From contig MGRL01000007.1 in the NCBI GenBank assembly GCA_001798165.1, forward strand, positions 455 through 64,454: 64,000 bases of DNA, read 5' to 3'. Below the pieces are notes generated by a model. That model made no database searches, was not told where the DNA came from, and worked only from the letters and a program-made list of their open reading frames with translations. A program made the translations under genes and the position numbers. The DNA comes from Deltaproteobacteria bacterium RIFCSPHIGHO2_02_FULL_43_33 (GTDB taxonomy: Bacteria; Desulfobacterota; GWC2-55-46; UBA9637). Below, piece by piece: positions 58,191-64,000 of the stretch (positions are counted from its first letter, which is position 1; each line of letters opens with the position of its first letter).

Positions 58191-59360
58191 TTATATGATA
58201 CTATTTAAAAAAGAGTCCCCATTTCGTATTTTTTTGACATTAAAGATGTGAGCAATAGTTTGCCCAACATCAGCAAAGGTCTTTCGGGTTCCAAGGTCTA
58301 TGCCTGGCCTTAGTTTTTTACCATATACAAGCAGCGGCACATATTCTCTGGAGTGGTCTGTTGAAGAAGTTGTCGGGTCACAGCCATGGTCTGCGGTTAT
58401 AATGAGCATGTCTTGATCATTTAATAGTGTGAGTATTTCAGGGATTCTCTTATCAACTTCCTCAAGCGCATTTGCATAGCCTGTTGCATCATTTCTGTGG
58501 CCATAGAGCATGTCAAAATCAACAAGATTCGTAAATATTAAGCCTTTATCTATTCTCTCCATCGCTTCTATAGTCTTATCAACTCCATTCATATTATTGT
58601 TTGTATGTATCTCTTCTGTAAGTCCACGGTGACCATAGATGTCACCTATCTTACCAATGCCAACAACAGGAATATTTTTTGCTGCTAACTTGTCCAAGAT
58701 TGTTTCACCCGGCGGAGCCATGGAAAAATCTTTTCTCCGCTGCGTTCTTTTGAATGAACCTTTAACGCCTGTAAAGGGCCGCGCTATTACCCTGCCGATG
58801 TTATATGTATCTGCAATATTTCTTGCAGCCCTGCATAGTTTGTAGAGTCTGTCAGGAGGTATTACATCCTCATGCGCTGCAATCTGAAAAACACTGTCAG
58901 CAGATGTATATATAATAGGTTTGCCTGTCCTTATATGCTCTTCGCCAAGTTCTTTTATTATTTCAGTGCCGGAAGCAGGCTTATTTCCGAGATAGGCAAG
59001 CCCTGTTTCTTTCTTAAATCTATCCATTATTTCTTTTGGAAAGCCATCAGGAAATGTTGGCAATGGTTTATCAATGATAAGTCCAGCTATCTCCCAGTGG
59101 CCTATGGTCGTGTCTTTACCCTTGGAAGCCTCTGCCATTCTACCGTAAGAGGCAGTTGGGTGTTTAATTTTTTCAAGCCCTTTAACTCCTTGAATAAGGC
59201 CCAAACCCATAGCCTCAAGGTTCAGGAGATTCAATCTACCGACAGCTTTTATTATGTTGCTCAGGGTATTGCTGCCTTCATCTTTATAGTCTTTGGCATC
59301 CGGCAGTTCGCCTATACCGACGCTATCAAGGATGAGAAGGGTTATTCTACCTATATTCAT
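58191..59360 (-). CDS. deoB: Phosphopentomutase
   Basis: LILDSVGIGELPDA at the N-terminus. 389 aa. Confidence 0.9.
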   Translation of the reverse strand: MNIGRITLLILDSVGIGELPDAKDYKDEGSNTLSNIIKAVGRLNLLNLEAMGLGLIQGVKGLEKIKHPTASYGRMAEASKGKDTTIGHWEIAGLIIDKPLPTFPDGFPKEIMDRFKKETGLAYLGNKPASGTEIIKELGEEHIRTGKPIIYTSADSVFQIAAHEDVIPPDRLYKLCRAARNIADTYNIGRVIARPFTGVKGSFKRTQRRKDFSMAPPGETILDKLAAKNIPVVGIGKIGDIYGHRGLTEEIHTNNNMNGVDKTIEAMERIDKGLIFTNLVDFDMLYGHRNDATGYANALEEVDKRIPEILTLLNDQDMLIITADHGCDPTTSSTDHSREYVPLLVYGKKLRPGIDLGTRKTFADVGQTIAHIFNVKKIRNGDSFLNSII

Positions 59361-60030
59361 TTCTACCTGCGTGTCTTTTTAAAAATTCTTCTACTATCTG
59401 AACGCCTGAGCTTGTTCCAATTCTCACTGCCCCGGCATTTATCATTGCAAGCATTGCATCTAACTCCTTTATTCCACCCGATGCCTTTATACGTATACGA
59501 CCTTTGGCAATTTTACTGAGAAGCCTTACATCATCTATTGTTGCGCCGCCTATAGCAAAACCAGTGGATGTCTTTACAAAATGAGCCCCGCTTGCTATGG
59601 CAATCTCACAGGCTCGCTCCTTTTCTGAATCAGTAAGATAAGCTGCTTCTATTATCACTTTTACTATGGCGCCAGGGTTTGCCAGAACAATGCTTGATAT
59701 TTCATCACAAACAAGCTCATATTGGCCGGATTTGAAGGCAGAGATATTGATCACTACATCTAACTCATGTGCGCCTGATTTTACAGCCTCTGCTGACTCA
59801 TATAATTTTACCGCCTTTGTTTGATAGCCAAAGGGAAAGCCGATTACTGTTCCGATGTGTCTTTTCCCTTTTAATTTTTCTGATGCATAAGAGACATAAT
59901 GTGGTGGAATACATAAAGAGGCGAATGGATATTTAATGACATCTTCAATAACAGCTTTTATATCTGTGTAAGGGGCGGTTGGCTTAAGAAGGGTTAAATC
60001 TATATAAGCTGCCAAATTGCTTGCATCCAT
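59347..60030 (-). CDS. deoC: Deoxyribose-phosphate aldolase
   Basis: MDASNLAAYIDLTLLKP and the catalytic region IKASGGI. The six-frame ORF extends to 60108 with a non-homologous hydrophobic extension. Confidence 0.85.
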   Translation of the reverse strand: MDASNLAAYIDLTLLKPTAPYTDIKAVIEDVIKYPFASLCIPPHYVSYASEKLKGKRHIGTVIGFPFGYQTKAVKLYESAEAVKSGAHELDVVINISAFKSGQYELVCDEISSIVLANPGAIVKVIIEAAYLTDSEKERACEIAIASGAHFVKTSTGFAIGGATIDDVRLLSKIAKGRIRIKASGGIKELDAMLAMINAGAVRIGTSSGVQIVEEFLKRHAGRNEYR

Positions 60031-60133
60031 ATATTTGCAAAATATCAGCAAATATTTACAAAGGCAAGGTAAAAAATAGAAAATAGTTAATATCCCGTTG
60101 AATGACACTCCTCTTTATTATACAATTGTATCC

Positions 60134-61312
60134 ATGCCAAAGATTATAAATAGCTATCTGTTTAAGGAGATAGCTGCCCCGTTTGTCCTCATTATTGCAA
60201 TTCTAACCATCACATCTCTCTTGAGCAAGGTTCTTAAACTTATAGAATTGGTAGTTAATCATGGAGTGGGGTTGTTGGTTATCCTGAAGTTTCTTTTATT
60301 CATTATACCGTCGTTTCTGATATACATTATTCCTATATCATTTCTCATATCAGTTCTTATTGCATACAACAGACTTTCAAACGATAATGAAATAACCGCA
60401 ATGAAGACATCAGGTATAAGTATATTAAAGATAAGCAGACCTGTTATTCTTTTAGCAGTTTTTACCTATGGAGTCTCAGTCTTTTTTACTTTTTATGCAT
60501 TCCCCTGGGGGAGTATATCATCCAAGAGGCTTCTCTATGATATAGCAAAAAGCAAGGCCAGTATAGGTTTAAAGGAGAGGGTATTTAACGATGCCTTTGA
60601 TGGACTGATGTTATACGCAAACCGCATCATGCCTGAAGATGGAAGCCTGGAAGGCATATTTATTTCAGACCACAGGGATGAAAAGGACAACAGCATAATA
60701 ACAGCGAGGACAGGCATCATATCATCTGACCAGCAGGCGATGAATATAACATTGAGACTATTAAATGGTACAATTCACAGGTCAGAGGAAAAAGGGCTTT
60801 ATAAGGTTATTAACTTCACTACCTATGATTTAAATCTCACCCTAAAGGATGACAAGATAAAAAACCCGGATATTTCAAAAACAAACAGGGATTTAACTAT
60901 CAGCCAACTCAAACACAAGGTAACTGATATAAAAAGAAGAGGGGAAAACCCTGCTCCGTATATTATTGACCTTCACAAAAGGTTTGCGCTCCCTGCATCT
61001 ATATTTGCTTTTGGTCTCCTTGCCATTCCTTTGGGAATACAAAGGGTAAGGACAGTAAGGTTTACCAGTTTTTCCATCGGTCTCGGCATCATGCTTTTTT
61101 ATTATGTGCTCTCAACCGCATTAGAATCGTTGGGTGAGAAAGGTATAGTCAATCCGATAATTGCAGTATGGGGGTCAAATATTGTAATGATTGTAATTGG
61201 CATGAACATGTTCTATAAGGCTGCCAAGGATTCTCCGATAAAAACAGTGGCATGGTTGGAAGAAAAAAAAGGCAGAATATTCGCTATTTTTAAAAGAAGG
61301 ATGGATGAATAG
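60134..61312 (+). CDS. lptF: LPS export ABC permease LptF (YjgP/YjgQ family)
   Basis: MPKIINSYLFKEIAAPFVLI aligns to the LptF N-terminus. Confidence 0.8.
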   Translation: MPKIINSYLFKEIAAPFVLIIAILTITSLLSKVLKLIELVVNHGVGLLVILKFLLFIIPSFLIYIIPISFLISVLIAYNRLSNDNEITAMKTSGISILKISRPVILLAVFTYGVSVFFTFYAFPWGSISSKRLLYDIAKSKASIGLKERVFNDAFDGLMLYANRIMPEDGSLEGIFISDHRDEKDNSIITARTGIISSDQQAMNITLRLLNGTIHRSEEKGLYKVINFTTYDLNLTLKDDKIKNPDISKTNRDLTISQLKHKVTDIKRRGENPAPYIIDLHKRFALPASIFAFGLLAIPLGIQRVRTVRFTSFSIGLGIMLFYYVLSTALESLGEKGIVNPIIAVWGSNIVMIVIGMNMFYKAAKDSPIKTVAWLEEKKGRIFAIFKRRMDE

Positions 61313-61321
61313 ATAAAACAG

Positions 61322-62398
61322 ATGAAGATACTTACAAGATATATTATTAAAGAATTTATAAAAATACTTACCCTGACGCTTGCTGGATTTATCTCTCTTT
61401 ATCTCATTATAGATATCTTTGAGCAGATAGATAATCTTATAGAGCACCATGCGTCATTTAAGGACGGGCTTATCTTTTTCCTCTATAAAATACCTTTTAT
61501 CTTCTATCAGGTAAGCCCTGTCGCTCTTCTTATGGCCACCCTTATTGCAATCGGCATTCTTGGCAGGCATAGCGAGGTTATTGCGGCAATGGCAAGCGGG
61601 GTCAGCGTATTAAGGCTCTTTCTGCCCTTTTTTGTGCTTGCAGCGATTATAGGTATAATTAACTTTATCTTTAGCGAGTCAATTATTCCTTACACCAATC
61701 AGCAAGCTACAGTTATAAGGCAGACAATGGAGGGTATAAATAAAAAAACGATATTTGCTCAAGACAGTATTTGGTTTAAAGATAATGCAGACATCTATAA
61801 CATAAGCTATATAGAGCCGCAAAATGGGGTTTTAAAAGGCCTTACCGTGTATAGGTTGGACAATAATTTTAATATTATAAGCAGGATTGATGCTAAGCTG
61901 GCACATTGGAGTAAGGGGGCATGGATTTCACCGGAAAGCAACGTATCAAGATTTCAGGACGGCAGACTGTTTGACATATCAATCATTCGTAATGCCATAA
62001 TGCCTCTAACAGAGAAGCCTGAAGATCTCAAAAATATTGAGAGGCTTGCAGATGAGATGAATTTCAGAGAGCTTAGGAGATATATAAAAAAGCTGAAACA
62101 GGAAGGGTATGCAGCCGCAAGATATAGCGTAGACCTGCATTCTAAAATTTCGTTTCCCATAGTAAGTATTATTATGGTGATATTAGGAATACCGTTTGCC
62201 TTAAGGAGCGGAAGACATGGCGGTATAGCCGTTGGCGTCGGCATCAGCGTAATGATAGGCTTCAGCTATTGGGTTGTATTCGCAATTAATACATCACTTG
62301 GATATAGCGGTATAATTCCACCTTTGATAGCCGCATGGCTTACAAATTTTATATTCGCGGGGGTGGGGGTTTTAATATTTAGCTATATCAGACAATAA
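61322..62398 (+). CDS. lptG: LPS export ABC permease LptG (YjgP/YjgQ family)
   Basis: MKILTRYIIKEFIKILTLTL. It is the paralog downstream of lptF. Confidence 0.8.
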   Translation: MKILTRYIIKEFIKILTLTLAGFISLYLIIDIFEQIDNLIEHHASFKDGLIFFLYKIPFIFYQVSPVALLMATLIAIGILGRHSEVIAAMASGVSVLRLFLPFFVLAAIIGIINFIFSESIIPYTNQQATVIRQTMEGINKKTIFAQDSIWFKDNADIYNISYIEPQNGVLKGLTVYRLDNNFNIISRIDAKLAHWSKGAWISPESNVSRFQDGRLFDISIIRNAIMPLTEKPEDLKNIERLADEMNFRELRRYIKKLKQEGYAAARYSVDLHSKISFPIVSIIMVILGIPFALRSGRHGGIAVGVGISVMIGFSYWVVFAINTSLGYSGIIPPLIAAWLTNFIFAGVGVLIFSYIRQ

Positions 62399-62410
62399 GG
62401 CTAAAAAACT

Positions 62411-63085
62411 TTATCCCTGCTCTTCCTTCAAAATATATCCTATACCTCTGACAGTGTGTATTAGCTTCTTGGGAAAGTCTTTATCAACCTTGCTTCTCAG
62501 GTGGTTTACATAGACATCAATAACATTAGTATCGCTGTCAAAGGTATAATCCCACACATGTTCTGCAATCATTGTCCTGGTAAGCACCTTGTTAGGGTTT
62601 CTTAAAAAATATTCCAAAAGCCCATATTCCTTTGAAGTCAGGTCTATTGTTATATCGCCCCGTTTAGCCTTCCTTGTAGCCTGGTCAAGAATAATATCCG
62701 CGAATTTTAGCTCGGTAATGCCATAGTCTTTTCTCCGCATCAGTGCCCTTACTCTGGCAAGAAGCTCTTCAAAGGCAAAGGGTTTGCTGAGATAGTCATC
62801 AGCCCCGCTATCAAGCCCTTTGACCTTATCCTCTACAGCATCCCTTGCAGTAAGCAGGAGCACAGGTATTTTTATGCCCTTAATTCTTAAATCTTTTACC
62901 ACATCAACGCCGCTCTTTTTAGGAAGCATTATGTCAAGGATTACGACATCATATTCATTTGTTGCTGCCAGATATTCACCTTCAACACCATCGTATGCTA
63001 CATCAACCGCATAACTCTCTTCTTCAAGCCCTTTTTTTATAAAACCAGCAACCTTTTTTTCGTCTTCCACTACAAGAATACGCAT
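62411..63085 (-). CDS. OmpR-family two-component response regulator (REC plus winged helix)
   Basis: MRILVVEDE...DIMLP and the C-terminal trans_reg_C GIGYIL. Confidence 0.9.
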   Translation of the reverse strand: MRILVVEDEKKVAGFIKKGLEEESYAVDVAYDGVEGEYLAATNEYDVVILDIMLPKKSGVDVVKDLRIKGIKIPVLLLTARDAVEDKVKGLDSGADDYLSKPFAFEELLARVRALMRRKDYGITELKFADIILDQATRKAKRGDITIDLTSKEYGLLEYFLRNPNKVLTRTMIAEHVWDYTFDSDTNVIDVYVNHLRSKVDKDFPKKLIHTVRGIGYILKEEQG

Positions 63086-63168
63086 AAATTATTTTGATAT
63101 GGGATGCCTGCCCCCGAATGCCTGTATCGGGGGTGGTATGTGGGTATGCTAAAATCTTTTCCTACCCC

Positions 63169-64000
63169 CTACCTTCCGCCCCCTACCTCCCTTCTTATCG
63201 TTTTTGGTATGTCTTTATCTTTTACATTACCGAGTGCAGCAAGGGTTATTTTGCCGGGGTTAAAGATATCTTTAGCAAGGTTTCTTATATCTTGCGCAGT
63301 TACTTTATCAACCCCTTCTGTTATCTCTTTTACATCAACTATTCTGTTGAAATATATCTCATCCCTGGCGAGTTTTGTCATCCTGCTCTCGCTTGTCTCA
63401 AGACCGAGGAGCATGCTTCCCTTGAGCTGTTCTTTTGCCGATATCAGCTCTTTTTTACCCACCTCTTTTTTTGTAAATGTATTGAGTTCTTTAAGAATTA
63501 ATTCTACTACTTTACCGAATGTGTCTGGGGCTGTTCCAGCATATATCACAAGTGAGCCAGCGTCAAGGCACAAATTCAAATAAGAATAAACAGAATATGC
63601 AAGTCCTCTTTTCTCTCTTATCTCTTGGAACAGTCTGGAACTCATCCCGCCTCCAAGCAGGGTATTCAGCAGATAAATCTTATAACGGTCAGGATGCGCC
63701 TGGCGAGGGGAGGGGGTGCCCAGACATAGATGCACCTGTTCTAAATTTCGTTGTTCTAAAACAACACCATGATACGAGACAGGTGTTGTTGTCTTTTCCA
63801 TTGCCTGATGACGCGACATCTTTTCAAATGGCTTCAAAAGTTTTAACAGCTTTTTATGTTGTATATTCCCGGCAGCAGTTATTATTACTGTATGGGGCGT
63901 ATACAACTGCTTATAGTATGAAACAACATCGCTCCTATTTATAGACTTTACTGTTTGCAGATTACCCAAGACCGGCCTCCCAAGGGGATGCCTTTTCCAG
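63169..64000 (-). CDS. M16-family (pitrilysin/insulinase-like) zinc peptidase, 5'-truncated by the window edge
   Basis: The reading frame stays open to the window end (..HPLGRPVLGNLQTV..). The inactive M16 C-terminal domain is present. Confidence 0.75.
   Translation of the reverse strand, partial: WKRHPLGRPVLGNLQTVKSINRSDVVSYYKQLYTPHTVIITAAGNIQHKKLLKLLKPFEKMSRHQAMEKTTTPVSYHGVVLEQRNLEQVHLCLGTPSPRQAHPDRYKIYLLNTLLGGGMSSRLFQEIREKRGLAYSVYSYLNLCLDAGSLVIYAGTAPDTFGKVVELILKELNTFTKKEVGKKELISAKEQLKGSMLLGLETSESRMTKLARDEIYFNRIVDVKEITEGVDKVTAQDIRNLAKDIFNPGKITLAALGNVKDKDIPKTIRREVGGGR

Noticed and set aside
60031-60108. N-terminal 26-aa extension of deoC (MSFNGILTIFYFLPCLCKYLLIFCKY)
   Set aside because: Deoxyribose-phosphate aldolases begin at the M..LAAYIDLTLLKP region. 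The extension is hydrophobic and non-homologous, so it is probably over-extension by the ORF caller.

Overview
This 64 kb window is almost entirely plus-strand coding sequence from a Gram-negative-type bacterium at roughly 42% GC.

The housekeeping content is as follows.
- Lipid A / LPS genes sit in two blocks: lpxB-msbA-DUF374-kdtA at 0.7-5.9 kb, and lpxK-lpxL-like plus lptF-lptG at 55.7-62.4 kb.
- secA, argJ, aroC-aroK-aroB, accB-accC, purB, purC, carA and carB, recG, deoB-deoC, a CCA/poly(A)-polymerase family enzyme, a ZIP transporter, an MscS channel and tRNA-Gly(CCC) are also present.

The centre of the window (10.5-32.2 kb) is a type IV pilus supercluster.
- It begins with the prepilin peptidase pilD and a PilS/PilR-like sensor kinase with a sigma54-dependent response regulator.
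- A minor-pilin operon follows, with two tandem FimT/FimU-like pilins, then PilV-, PilW- and PilX-like genes, then a 1560-aa PilY1-like adhesin.
- Next comes a small accessory islet holding a membrane Ig-like protein, a nucleotidyltransferase (MNT)-HEPN pair and an XRE regulator.
- pilMNOPQ follows, immediately succeeded by aroC-aroK-aroB, matching the classical pilMNOPQ-aroK-aroB synteny.

The most unusual features are repeat structures.
- Short degenerate tandem heptanucleotide arrays (3-20 units, with a different unit sequence at each locus) are extremely dense. Between genes they occur as inverted arrays that form long imperfect hairpins, often followed by T-runs.
- Within genes they occur as frame-preserving insertions into conserved housekeeping proteins (aroC, carA, carB, recG, argJ, the histidine kinase, the response regulator, kdtA, lpxB, pilQ and pilP), or as translated 5' extensions.
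- A GTAGACAGTAG-type palindromic heptamer element sits after each of four minor-pilin-operon genes and is in frame with the PilV and PilW prepilin leaders.
- A second family of G/C-rich palindromes (CCCCTCTTT-nnn-AAAGAGGGG) is also present.
- A phased four-site GATTACACAGAT array bracketed by two hairpins lies after the response regulator gene.
- A sigma54 -24/-12 promoter precedes the second fimT-like pilin gene.
- The HEPN gene between argJ and pilD is flanked by ~45-bp direct repeats.

Smaller observations:
- The DUF374 gene between msbA and kdtA has an apparent frameshift at an A10 tract.
- A vapC-like PIN gene at the window start is frameshifted.
- A MITE-like inverted-repeat element lies upstream of carB.
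- A hypothetical gene is wedged between carA and carB.

No CRISPR array, rRNA, transposase or integrase is visible.
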